Of a stretch of DNA of 64,000 nucleotides, positions 25,897 to 40,029 are shown piece after piece. A program made the translations under genes and the position numbers. Under the pieces are notes generated by a model. The model was given only the letters and a program-made list of their open reading frames with translations, did no database searches and was not told where the DNA came from. This stretch comes from the human T2T-CHM13v2.0 reference genome, Homo sapiens. The stretch lies in assembly GCF_009914755.1 (NCBI RefSeq), contig NC_060927.1. One strand, given 5' to 3'. The number at the start of each line of letters is the position of its first letter. Position 1 is the stretch's first letter.

Positions 25897-27645
25897 TAAA
25901 TTGGACCACACCTTTCTCTGATGCTGCCTTGATTAGCTTAATAATTGACTTTCTGAATTCTTTTTCTCGCATTTAGGGATTTCTTCTTGGTTTGGATCCA
26001 TTGCTGCTGACCTACTGTAATCTCTTGGGAGTGTTAAAGAACCTTGCTTTGTAATATTACCAGAATTTCTCTTCTTGTTCCTTCTCATTTGAACAGACTA
26101 TTTCAGAAGGAAGATCTGGGGCTCAAGGCTGCTGTTCAGATTCTTTTGTCCCACGTGGTGCTCCCTTGATGTAGTTCTCTCTTCCTTCCCCTAGGGATGG
26201 GGCTTCCTGAGAGCCAAACTGCAGTGATTGTTATTTTTCTTCTGGATTTAGCCACCAAGCAGAGCTACTGGGCTCCAGGCTGGTACTGGGGAGTGTCTGC
26301 ACAGAGTCCTGTGATGTGCACTGTCTTCAGATCTCTCAGCCACGGATACCAGCACCTGCTCCAGTGGAGGTGGTAGGGGACTGAAATGGAATCTGTGAAG
26401 GTCCTTAGTTGTAATTTTGTTTATTGCACTAGTTTTGCATTGGTTGGCCTCCAGCCAGGAGGTGGTGCTTTCAAGAGAGCATCAGCTGCTGTGATATAGG
26501 GAGAATCGGGTGATGGGCAGAGACCTAGAGCTCTGATGAGATTGTGTCCCTTGTTTTTGGCTACCATGGGAGATAGAGAAGGACCCTCAGGTCGAGGCAG
26601 GGTTATGAATATCTGAGCTCACTCTACTTGGGTGGAGCTTGTTGCAGCTGCTGTGGGGGATGTGGGTGTGTTCCTCAGGCCAATGTTATGTTCCCAGGGG
26701 GATTATGGCTGCCTTTGCTGTGTCATGCAGGTTGACAGGGAAATAGGGGGAGCCAGCAGTTACCAGCCTCATCTAGCTCCCACACAGCCCAAGAGGCTGG
26801 TCTCATTCCCACCATGCCCCACCAACAGCACCAAGTTTATGTCCAGGCAGCTAGTGAGCAGGGCTGAGAACTTGCCCCAGGCTACCAGCCTCCCAGCTGA
26901 GAAAGCAAGCAGGGCTGTCAGGTTTCAGGCCTCCCCTCCTGCCATGGCTTCTGTGCTATGTCTGCTCTCTTGATTCACCCTTTCCCCCAGTTTCTATCCA
27001 GGAAACTTCACATTCAATCAAAACTGTTACAAAGTTCAGCTGGAAGTTTCTCTCTGTGGTCTATTCCTAGTTCTTCTGGCAGCCCTCCCCAGTGACCTCT
27101 GTGAGACAAAGTCAGAAATGGCTTCCCTGGGGATGGCTCTTCCTGCTGCTTCTTCTACCCCTGTATTTCACTCGGCTCTCTAAAATTGTCTCAGCTCCAG
27201 GTAAGGTCAAATCCTTTTCTTGTGATCTGGATCTTCAGGTTCCCCAGTGAAGGTGTGAGCTCGGGGGTAGATAATCCCCCTTTCACTTTGAGAACTCACA
27301 GTTTTCGGGCTGTCTCCCAAGGCCTGCAGGAGCAACCTGCTTCCTTCAAAGGTCTGTGGATTCTCTCAGCTTTCCTGGTATGTTCCTGGGATAGTTCTTG
27401 GAAAAAAAGTTTACGATATGAGTCTCCACACATTGCTCTGTCCATCCAAGTGGGAGCTACAAGTTAGCCCTGCCTCCTGTCTGCCATTTTCCTTCTGTTT
27501 AGTATAGTGTTATTTAAAAGTGAACTTGGATTAGTTGTAAACAGATATTGTAAATTCTAGGGCAATCATTAAAAAAATGAAAAGAGAACTACACTGACAT
27601 GCTAAAAAGAAAAAAATATTGGAATCATGTAAGATGCTCAATTAA

Positions 27646-28155
<510 letters not shown>

Positions 28156-28411
28156 TTAAAACCACAAAAGACGGGAAGACAGTGAAAGACAAAAATAAGA
28201 GTAAAGTAAGACACCAAATAGAAAACAGTAACAAATATGTTAGATATTAATCCAACTATATCAGTAATCACTTTGAACATCCATGGTCTAAATGCACCAA
28301 TCAAAAGACAGAGATTGTCAGAGTGGATCAAAAAACAAGACCAAATTATATGTTGTCTACAAGAAACTCACTTGAAATATAAAGAAACATACAGATTAAA
28401 AGTAAATGGAT

Positions 28412-28697
28412 GGCTGGGCACAGGGGCTCATGCCTGTAATCCCAACACTTTGGGAGGCTGAGACAGGAGAATTGCTTGAGCACAGGAATTTGAAAACAGC
28501 CTGGGAAACATGGCAAGACCTAGCCTCTACAAAAAATTAGCTGGGTGTGCTAGTGTGTGCCCGTGGTCCCAACTACTCTAAAGCCAGAGGCAGGAGGATC
28601 ACTTGAACTCAGGAATTCAAGGCTGCAGTGATTGTTCTACTGTACTCCAGCTTGCATGACAGAGTAAGATGCTGTCTCAAAACAAAAAGAGAAAGAA
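28412..28697 (+). mobile_element. AluJ element
   Basis: Diverged dimer; degenerate TSD aaaagtaaat(gg/aa)atg. Confidence 0.88.
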
Positions 28698-28981
28698 AAA
28701 GTAAATAAATGAAGAAATACATACCATGCTAACACTAATCAGAAGAAAGCTATATTAATTTCAGACAGTGAACTTCAGAGCAAGGAAAATTATCAGGAAT
28801 AAAAAGGGGCACTGCATAATGGTAAAGGGCCAATTATCCAAGAAGACACAACAATTCTTAACATGTATGACCTAACAACAGAACATCAAAATATGTGAGG
28901 CAAAACTGATAGAACTGCAAGAATAAAGAGATGAATCCATTATTATTAGAGATTTTAACACACCTGTATCAGGAATGGTCA

Positions 28982-29245
28982 GGATCAGGCACAGTGGCTC
29001 ACACCTGTAATCCCAGCACTTTGGGGGGTCAAGGTGAGAAGACTGCTTGAGCCCAGGAGTTTGAGACCAGCTTAGGCAATATGGCAAGACCCCATCTCAA
29101 CAAAAAATTTAAAACTTAGGTAGGCATGGTGGTGTGCACCTACAATCCCAGCTACTCAGTGGGCTGAGGTGGTGAGCTGTGATTGCACCACTGTACTCCA
29201 GTCTGGGTGACAGAGCAAGACCTTGTCACAAAAAAATTTAAAAAG
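28982..29245 (+). mobile_element. AluJ element with a deletion in the right arm
   Basis: gcttgagcccaggagtttgagacc motif; right arm jumps gctgaggtg|gtgagctgtg. Confidence 0.85.
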
Positions 29246-29247
29246 GA

Positions 29248-29589
<342 letters not shown>

Positions 29590-31520
29590 CTACACCATCA
29601 GTCAGTAGGATATAATGGATATCTATAGACTATTTCATCCAACAACATCAGCAGCACATTCTTCCAAGTTCATATGGAACACTCATCAAGACAGACTATA
29701 TTCTAGGTCATAAAGCACACTTTAACAAATTTAAAAAAATAAAAATTATGCAATGCCTGCCCTTTGACCACAATGGAATTGAATAAGAAATCAATAACAG
29801 AAAGGTATTTTAGAATGTAAAATACTAAATACTAAAATACTTGGAGATTAAATAACACACTTCTAAATAACACATGGGTCAAAGAAGAGATCTCAAGAGA
29901 AATTTAAAAATATTTTAACCAAATGAAAGCGAAAACATTTATCAAAATTTCTGAGATGTTGCAAAAGCAGTGCTTACAGAGAATTTATAGCATTGATTGC
30001 ATATACAAAGAAGAGTAAAGATCTAAAATTAATCATTTAAGCTTCCACCTTAGGAAAGTACAAAGAAAGGTCAAATTAAATCTAAAGTAAGAGGAAGAAA
30101 AGAAATAATGAAAATTAGAGCATAAATCAATACAATTGAAAACAGGATTCCAATAGAAAAGAATCAACCAAACCAAAAGCTGTTTTTTTAAGATCAATAA
30201 AATTGATAAGCCTCTAGTCAGGCTGAGGAACTAAAAGAAAGAACAAAATTATTCATATCACAAATGAAAAAGGGACTTCACTACAGATTCTGTGGAAATT
30301 AAAAAGATATGCAAGGAATACTATGCACAACTCTATGCTCACAAATTTGATGGCCTAGATGAAATGAATCAATTCCTTGAAAAACACAATCTACCAAAAC
30401 TCACACAAGAAGAAATAGACAATTCAAATAGGTCTATATCTACTAAATAAATTGAATCAAAAATTAATAAGCTTTCAAAACAGAAAGTACCAGGCCCAGA
30501 TGTATTCACTTGTGAATCCTCCCAAACATTTAAGGAATATCTTATACCAATTATCTACAATATCTTCCAGAAGATAGAAACAAGAGGGAATTTTCCTAAC
30601 TCATTTGATAGGGCCAGTATTACCATAATATCAAAACCAGAAAGGTATTATGAGAGAAAAAAAATATCAGACCAATATCTCTCATGAAAATAGATGCAAT
30701 AATCCTCAACAAAATATTAGTAAATTAAATCTAACAATGTATAAAAAGAATTATACACCATGACCAAGTGGTATTTATCCCAAGTATGCAAAGCTGTTTC
30801 AGCATTCAAAAATCAATTAATGTACTCTATCACATGAATAGGCTAAAAATGAAAAGTCACATGAACATACAACTAAATGCAAAATAAAGCATTTCACAAA
30901 ATCCAATATTCATCCATGATTAAAAAAAGAAACCCTCAGTAAACTAGGAACAGAGGAGAATTTCCTCAATTGATGAGGAGTATCTACAAAAATCCACAGT
31001 CAATTTCAAACTTAATGGAGAGAAACTGGAAGCTTCCCCACTAAGATAAAAAAAACAAGGCAGGGTTGTCCCCTGTCACTACTGATTTTCAACACTATAC
31101 TGGAAGTACTAGAAAATGCAATAAGACAAGAAAAGAAAGCAAAGAGTATACAGATGAGGAAAAAAGAAAACGTCCTTTGTTCACAGATGACATGATTGTC
31201 TATGCAGAATAGCCTAAAGAACCAACAACAAAAAACCCCTGGAACTATAAGTGATTATAGTAAGGTTGCAGGATATGAGGTTAATATGCAAAGTCAATCA
31301 CTTTTCTACATCCCAGCAATGAACAAGTGTGATTTAAAATTTAAAACATAATATCATTTACATTAGCACCCCCAAAATTGAAATACTTAGGTATAAATCT
31401 AACAAAATATAAACAATGTCTATATGAGGGAAACTATAAATCTCTGCTGAATTAAAGTAAACAAGAACTAAATAAATGGAAATATATTTCATGTTCATGG
31501 ATAGGAAGACCCCATATTGT

Positions 31521-31875
31521 TGTATTAGTAAATTCAGACTACTATAACAAATTATCATAGACTGGGTGGCTAAAAAAAACATATAATGCTCACAGTTCTG
31601 GAGGCTGGGAAGTCCAAGATCAAGGTGTCAGCAGACTCAGTGTCTGATGAGAGCCCACTTTCTGGTTTGCAGATTGATGTCTTCTGGTTGTGTCCTTATA
31701 TGCTGGAGAGCAGAGACAGGAAGCAATCATTCATGTCTTTTCTCATAAGGGCACTAATCCCACTTCTGAAGGCTCTACCCTAAGACCTAATTACCTCCCA
31801 AAGTCTCCACCTTCTAAAACTACCGCATTGGGGTTAGGATTTCAACATATGAATTCTGGGGGCACACAACCAAAC
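31521..31875 (-). mobile_element. MaLR LTR (MLT1A-like)
   Basis: tgtattagt...agactgggtggct...ctcacagttctggaggctgggaagtccaagatcaaggtg...tttcaacatatgaatt. Confidence 0.85.
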
Positions 31876-33788
31876 CAAAAAAATTATCAAGATGTCTGTT
31901 CTTCCCAGCTTGATCTATAAATTCAATGCAATTCCAATCAAAATCCCAGTAAGTTATTTTGTGAATCTTGACAAACTGATTCTAAAGTTTATATGGAGAG
32001 GCAAAAAAAAGAAAGAAAAGAAAAAACAGAATAGCCACACAATATTGAAGAACAAAGTTGAAGAACTGAAACTACCCAACCTCAAGACTTATTGTAAAAG
32101 CAACAGTAATCAAGACAGTGCGGAACTGGTGGAAGAATAGGCAAATAGATCAATGGAACAAAATAGAGAGCCCATAAATAAGTCCACATAGTCAACTGAT
32201 CTTTGACAAAGGGACAAAGGAAATAAAATAAAAAATATAATCTTTTCAACAAACTGTACTGCAACAAATGGACATCCACATGCAAAAAAAATTAATCTAG
32301 ACACAGAGCTTACGTCCTTCACAAAAGTTAACTCAAAATAGATCATAGACTTAAATGTAAAACACAAAACTATAAAACCCCTAGAGGATAATGTACAAGA
32401 TCCTTCACTGAGGCATTATTTATAATACTGAAATATTCAAGGCAAACTGAATGAACATAAGGATTGATAAAATACTGTACAATAATGAAAATCATGTTAA
32501 TAATATTGAATGACATATTTAAATGCTTAAAATATATTGTTAAATGGAAAGTATACATTATAAAAGAATATTTATAGAATGTCCAATTTTAAAAAACAAA
32601 TATCTATTATTTTTACAGACCTACTATCTTTGATCTTTGTAGGAGTCATGTTAGAGATTGCAAATGATTTTTATTTTTCTGTATTATCTAAATTTAGTAA
32701 AATATTATAAACTCTAATTATTTACATAGAAAATAATTACATAGGAGAAAATCTAGACATGACTTTGAGTTACACAGTAACTTGTTAGATACAACACCAA
32801 AAGCACAATCCATGAAAGAAAGAATTGATAAGCTGGACTTCATTAAAATTAAAAATGTTATGTGAAAGACACTGTTAAGAGAATGAGAAGACAACAGATA
32901 GGGAGAAAATATTTGCTAAACAAATACCTGATAAAGAACTATGATCCCAAATATACAAAGAACTCATAAAAATCAATAATAAGAACACAAACAACCCAAT
33001 TTAAAAAATGGGCCAGAGACCTTAACAAACACCTCACCAAAGAAAATATACAGATGGCAAACAAGCATGTTGAAGAGAGGATTCACATCATATGTCATCA
33101 TGGAAATGCAAATTAAAGCAACAATGACATACCACTCACACCTATTAAACTGGCAAAATCCGGAACACTGACAACACCAAATGCTGATGAGGATACAAAT
33201 AAACTCACTTATTGCTGGTGGGAATGCAAAATAGTACAACCACCCTGGAAGACAGTTTGGCAGTTTCTAATAAGTAAATATACTCTTACCATATGATTCA
33301 GCAATGGTTCTCCTTGGTATTACCCAAAAGAATTGAAAACTTATGTCCACACAAAAACCTGCACATGAAGGTTTATGGCAGTTTTATTCATAAATGCCAC
33401 AACTTGGAAGCAACCAAGATAGCCTTCAGTAGGAGAGTGGATGAATAAACCATGGTACTTCCAGACAATAAAATGTTATTCAGCACTAAAAAGAAATGAC
33501 CTATCAAGCCATGAAAAGATCTGGAGTAAACTTAAACGCATATTATTAAGTGAAAGAAGCCAATCTGAAAAGGCTACACACTGTATGATTCCAACTATAT
33601 AACATTGTAGAAAAGACAAAATTATGAAGACAATAAAATGATCAGTGGTTGCCAGGGGTCAGAAGTAGGGGAGAGGGAGGGGTGAACCGGCAGAACACAG
33701 AAAATTTTTAGGGAAGTGAAACTACTCTGTATGATACTATAATGGTGAAACATGTCATTACATATTTGTCCAAACCCATAGAATATAC

Positions 33789-34294
33789 TGATACAGGATA
33801 GGTGAGCTTCAAATTGGGGCTTAGCCTACAAGGGTTCTTGGCTTTGCCTGGGAAAGAATTCAAGGGCAAGCTGGTGATAGGGTAGAAAAAAAAACGGCTT
33901 TATTGAAGCAGCAGTGTTACAGCTCTGGCAGTGTTACAGCTCTGTGGCTGCTCCTACAAAGCAGGGATATTCCATAGGCAGCTGCTACTGAGAGTAGCAG
34001 CTCGGGGCAGCTATGCAGTCATATTTATACTTACTTTTTAATTACATGTAGATTGAGAAATGGTTTATGCAAAAATTTCTGGGAAAAGGGTAATAACGTT
34101 TGGGTTGTCAGGTCATTGCCATGGAAAAGGGCAGTAACTCCCAGATGTTGCCATGGCAATGGTAAACTAATATGGCATACCAGTGAGCATGTCTTATGGA
34201 AAGCTGCTTTTGCCCAGTCTCTGTTTTAGCTAGTCCCCAATTTGGTCCAGTGTCCAATCCTCACCTCTGGAGTAAAGACCCAACTCCTAACTCG
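33789..34294 (-). mobile_element. Solo ERV LTR (ERV1-type by its 4-bp TSD; family not confidently named)
   Basis: Begins tgatacagg; tttatt (minus-strand poly(A) signal) near 33900; TSD atac/gtac; splits the L1MC1 3' UTR cleanly. Confidence 0.8.
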
Positions 34295-34527
34295 GTACAA
34301 CACCAAGAATAAACCCTAATGTAAACTAAAAACTTTATGTGATAAAAATGTATCAATATGGGTCCTTCAGTTGTAGCAAATATACCACTCTGGTGGGGGC
34401 TGTCGGTAATGGGGGAAGCTGTGCATGTCAGTGGGGGCAGGGGGCATATGGGAAATGTCTGTACCCTCTGTTCAATTTTGCTATGAACCTAAAACTGCTC
34501 TAAAAAATAAAGCCTATTTTTTAAAAA

Positions 34528-34765
34528 GAGGCAGCGGGTGTGATGAAAGTGGATGTGGCTAGAAAAGAGCAACTGAGAGATTTATTTCCTTGTAGTGATT
34601 GACTGTACCATTGTCCATATCCTGGTTGTAATAGTGTACTGTATTTTTATAAGATGTACCTATTGGGGGAAACTCGGTAAAATGTACACAAGGGCCCTCT
34701 GTATTATTTCTTACAACAGTATATGAATCTAAAATTATGTCAAAATGAAAATTTTAACTTAGAAA
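34528..34765 (+). mobile_element. L1MD-like 3' UTR, part 2 (terminal)
   Basis: gaaagtggatgtggctagaaaagagcaac...ctctgtattatttcttacaac...gaatctaaaattatgtcaaaatgaaaa follows on from 11292. Confidence 0.75.
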
Positions 34766-36130
34766 ATGGACTACTAATACTATTAATACTCTTAACAACA
34801 TGAGTGAATCTCTAAATGATCATGGTGAGTGAAAGAAGCCTAGCACAAAAGAATACATATTGTAAGATACCAATTGCTGCTGCATTTCTACACATGATAC
34901 TATTGTTAGAGCAGAATGATACTGTACCTAACACCTGGCATGCATTATTAATCCAACATATACTTTCAATCAAAACAAACAAAAGCAGAATCAGTTTGTT
35001 TTTGCATAGACATGCAATGTCTGCATATATATGCATGGTTTAAGTTTCTCACAGGGTAAGGCAAGTCTGCTTTCTTTCATAGTATGTTCTGGAGAGAATT
35101 TATTGTCTTGATATTATGCAGTGAATGAGAAAAAAAATGACTTTTTCTCACTAAACCTGATTTTGTTATTCTCTAATTCTGAGGTTACCAACAGAAGATA
35201 TCAAATCTAAGCCCAGAGCAGAGGCAAACTTCCCCTGGATGGGGTCTACAAAACATTAGGTGGCAAGTAGATTACATTGGACCTCTTCCAACATGATCAA
35301 GATGAAGCAATTTATTCTCCAAAAAAAAAAAAGGTACATTTTAAAGATATAACTTTTCTTCTTCCACAGTTCTTCTGCTAGCATCATTTGTTGACTTAGA
35401 AAGTGACTCATTCCTTTAGTAGTCCACAGTGTCTATTATTCTCATATTGTGTCCATGTGTGCTCAGTGTTTAGCTCCCACTTAACACTGAGGTACGTGGG
35501 GGCTGGACATTGAGCACATACGGACATAATATGCTAAACTCAAGCTAAACTTGAGGTATTTGGTTTTCTGTTCCTGTGTTAATTCACTTAAGATTATGGC
35601 CACTAGCTACATCCATGCTGCTGCAAAGTTTATGTGTGGGAGGCTGGTGGGGAGGATGAGTTAGAAAACTACCTATCAGGTGCTATGCTCACTACCTGGG
35701 TGACAAGATCCATACTCCAAACCTCGGAATCATTTAACATTCCCATATAACAAACCTGCACATGTACTCCTTGTTTCGAAAATAAAAATGAAAATAAAAA
35801 CAAAATTAAAAAAATAAATACCTGAAAAAAAAAAAAGAATACATACTGGATGATTCCATTTTCATAAAATGCAACTTGTTTTAGTTTAAGTTTCAGAAAA
35901 TACAAACCATTTATAGTGACAAAAGAAAAAAAAAAGACAGTGGTTGTGTGGGCCCAGAGGTAAGGTGGGATGGAATGCAAAGAGGCAAAAAAAATGATGC
36001 AAGTGGCTTTTGTCTTGATCGTGATGCTGGTTTTATAAGTGCAAATAACTGACGAAACTCATTGAATTGTATGCTTTAAATAGATGTGGTTTATCTCACA
36101 GAAATTATTTCTCAACAAAGTTGATAAGCA
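34766..36130 (+). mobile_element. Older L1ME-like 3' end split by an insertion at 34873-35832
   Basis: acaacatgagtgaatctc...gtgagtgaaagaagcc...aaaagaatacata resumes at 35833 with tgattccatttt...actcattgaattgtatgctttaaa. Confidence 0.65.
35414..35832 (+). mobile_element. Twin-primed (5'-inverted) old L1PA (L1PA16-like) 3' fragment
   Basis: 35414-35628 is antisense 3'-end sequence. 35636-35832 is sense (aaaactacctatcaggtgctatgctcactacctgggtgac...aacaaacctgcacatgtac) with an A-rich tail. Confidence 0.8.
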
Positions 36131-36269
36131 AAATAAGTAACTTCACGGTCCTGAAACCAAGGTCTGCAGGTAATGACATTATATAAATGTAAAGCCCTCA
36201 GCCCAGCCAGGGAGGACTTGTTACGGCACACCAGTGTTTTAAGAGCAAAGGTACTAATTAATCAACAAA

Positions 36270-36925
36270 TTTTTTTATTTCAATTTTTATTTTTAGTTCT
36301 GGGGTGCACATGCAGGACGTGCAGGTTTGTTACATAGTTAGACATGTGCCATGGTGGTTTGCTGTACCTATCAACCCATCAACTAGGTATTAAGACCAGC
36401 ATGCGTTAGTTATTTTTCCTAATGCTCTCCCTCCCCACAATAGGCCCCAGTATGTGTTTTGTTCCCCTCCCTGTGTCTATGTATTCTCATCGTTCAGCTC
36501 CCACTTATAAGTGAGAACATGCAGTGTTTGGTTTTCTGTTCCTATATTAGTTTGCTGAGGATAATGGCTTCTAGCTTCATCCATGTCCATGCAAAGGACA
36601 TGATCTCATTCGTTTTTATGGCTACATAGTATTCCATGGTATATATGTACCATATATTCTTTATCCAGTCTATCATTGATGGGCATTTGGGTTGGTTCCA
36701 TGTCTTTGCTATTGTGAATAGTGCTGCAGTGAATATATGTGTGCACATATCTTTGTAATAGAATGATTTCTATTCTTTATATACTGTATTACCCAGTAAT
36801 GGGATTGCTGGGTCAAATAGTACTTCTGGTTCTAGATCTTTGAGGAATCGCCACACTGTCTTCCACAATGATTGAACTAATTTACATTCCCACCGACAGT
36901 GTAAAAGCGTTCCTATTTCTCTGTG
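36270..36925 (-). mobile_element. 5'-truncated L1PA (approx. L1PA8A-PA11) 3' fragment
   Basis: gttctggggtgcacatgcaggacgtgcaggtttgttacatag...aggtattaagaccagcatgc; track ORF 36542-36748 is the ORF2 C-terminus. Confidence 0.9.
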
Positions 36926-37480
36926 ACAAACATTTAAAAATTCCCTTTACATACGAAAAACACACATGGACCTCTATACAGTAACCAATACAGCACAGTC
37001 CTTGAAGACATGGAAATCATCATCTGATTAGAGAGATGTAGCACACTTGAGGAATGGAGACTCTGCCAGGCAGGGAACAACTGTGAGCCCAAAACAACTC
37101 AGGGAGGAGAGAGAAGCAGGAGCAGGAGCCCAGAGGCAAGCCCAGTGAGGACAGAAGTGAGCTAGAGGTGGTTGCCTTTGCAGAGGTAGAAAAGGAAAAA
37201 GTGAAGAATCCTCCTTCCCATTAATGTGAGTATCACCACATGTGCTATCCTCACCTATACCTAAAACATCAGTCATGTTTGCTTCCTCCTTCAGCCCCTA
37301 CCCAGTCATATAGGGACTCCTCGCAGATCGCCTCATTCTAATGTCTCTGGCACCTCTCTCATTCTTTCTCTTCTCACTGCCACTTCCCCAGGTCATAGCC
37401 TTATTGTGTGCCTGAACCATGGCAGAGCCTCCTACCCTGTCTCCTTAGCACTAGGTCCTCACATTTCTGTGCATAATAAC

Positions 37481-38236
<756 letters not shown>

Positions 38237-39877
38237 GTGGCCTTCCCAACAAACATATCTGATTGCATCACATCTTTGATTAAAACTGTCAGATGATTCC
38301 AACTGCACTGAGCTGAGGTAGGAGGTGCATAGACCAAATTTTCTCCATCTAAATGTAAGACCACCACGACAATCAGATCCAAGTCAAATCAGCCTTCCTA
38401 ATGTCTCTCTGCCCCTCCCACTTACTCTTCCTCTCCTTCTCATCCACAGGGATGAAGTAGGCTATTGAGTAGAAGCAATCACCCGGATAATTCCCTTTCC
38501 TAATTCATTTATTTTAGAGTGTTAGAGGTGGCATGCTCTAGATTGCCTGTTATGGGTTGATCAAACAAAGCTGACAAGAGCATCCCCTCCTCTGTCACTT
38601 TGGCTCTGAAGATGCTGTCACCGAGGCCCTGTTTTCTTGCCTCCAGCTCTGAGGGGCTTAGAGAAGGTGACCTAGCATGTGGGTAGACTGTCAGGCTGCC
38701 AAGCGTGACATCCCAGCCCAATGCTCTTTTATCCCACATGTTTAATTGGGCTTCTTCATGATCACAGTCTTCTTAGGAGGGCAAGAGTGAATGCAGTCTG
38801 TGGAAATTAGAAGGTGCTGTCAGCTCTGTCTCTGGGGGTTTCAGGACCATGTCAACATGCTAATCTCAGACAAAGACACAGCCTTACATGGGGATGTCAG
38901 ACTAGAAGCAGAGACAAGTGTCAGCGAAGCAGAGCTACCATAAAGATGACAGCATGCTACACACAAAAGTGTCTGTGCCCTGTGTCAGGATGAAAGACCT
39001 ATCCCCAGGAAGTGACAGAGTCCACTGGGAGGGTGGAAGAGAAAGGGGCTTCTTTGTGCAGCTTCAGGATAGAGAGAAGGAAGGCTAGGAGGGGCCACAG
39101 AGGGCAGACTGCACCTGGTGATATATTCATAGGGTGGAAGACACCAGAGCCAAACAGGTAGGATGGCTAGCAGAAAGAAATGCCAGGAGCCATGAGGTGG
39201 TGCCAGGTGGGAAGGGGCTTTGAAGGAAAGGCAAGAGTCTTTGATGGCATCCAGAATCTTTGAAGGGGGAGATATTTACCACTGCTCTTTTTCCATCACC
39301 TAGCACAGTACCTAGTATCCAGAAGACAGTGTAAATGAATAAATTCATAGAAAGTGCTGGAAATACAGATAAAGGCGTGGCTGCCATAAGTTATCCTGCT
39401 GATAGCCAACCCCACTTATTACACCACTTGCAGGAGAAAATTCTGCTCCAAACAAGGCAGAATCAGGCTGTCACTCCTCTAAACCATCAGGCCTGTTCTG
39501 AGTCAGAGCCTAGGCCAGCTGCTGGGGGTCCTGTAGGCTGACTCCTACCTCCCTTAATGAGGTGTGATTGCTAAAGGGAAGCAGCTAATTGCATAATGTT
39601 TTATTAATCCTTTCTCCATAAAATATTAATTGTGAGCCTTCACAAATACAAAGATCTGTCTGCTTTTTAATGGCGTGGGTTGTGGTCTCTCCAGATAAAT
39701 AGTTGAAGGTTTTCTGTTGAGGGACCAAGATGACAAGCATGATAGCAGATCCTGTGAAAGAAAGAGCAGCTGACAGCCCAAAATACACCAGCACGTCAAA
39801 AATGCCTCCCTTAGTTAGCTGCTCTGCCCAGAAGCCAAGAATATAAACATCAAATGTTTTATTTTATCCAACTATAC

Positions 39878-40029
39878 CTGTGATTCTCAAACTTTAATGT
39901 ACTTATGAATCCCTAGGGGATTCTGTTCAAATGCAGATGCTGACTCAGCAGGTCTGGGCTGAGGGCAGAGATTCTGCTTTTCTGACAAGCCAAGGCTGCT
40001 GGTTTGCAGACCGCACTTGCAGTAGCAAG
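39878..40029. mobile_element. MER5A-like hAT-Charlie MITE
   Basis: gattctcaaactt...aaatgcagatgctgactcagcaggtctgggc...ctgctggtttgcagaccgcactt. Confidence 0.8.
39938..39950. promoter_or_regulatory. Perfect palindromic MAF recognition element (T-MARE) TGCTGACTCAGCA; function unproven
   Basis: Exact 13-bp motif match only. Confidence 0.35.

Noticed and set aside
39585-39794. 69-aa ORF with a hydrophobic N-terminus (signal-peptide-like)
   Set aside because: Non-ATG start, no recognisable family, no convincing splice context; expected by chance.
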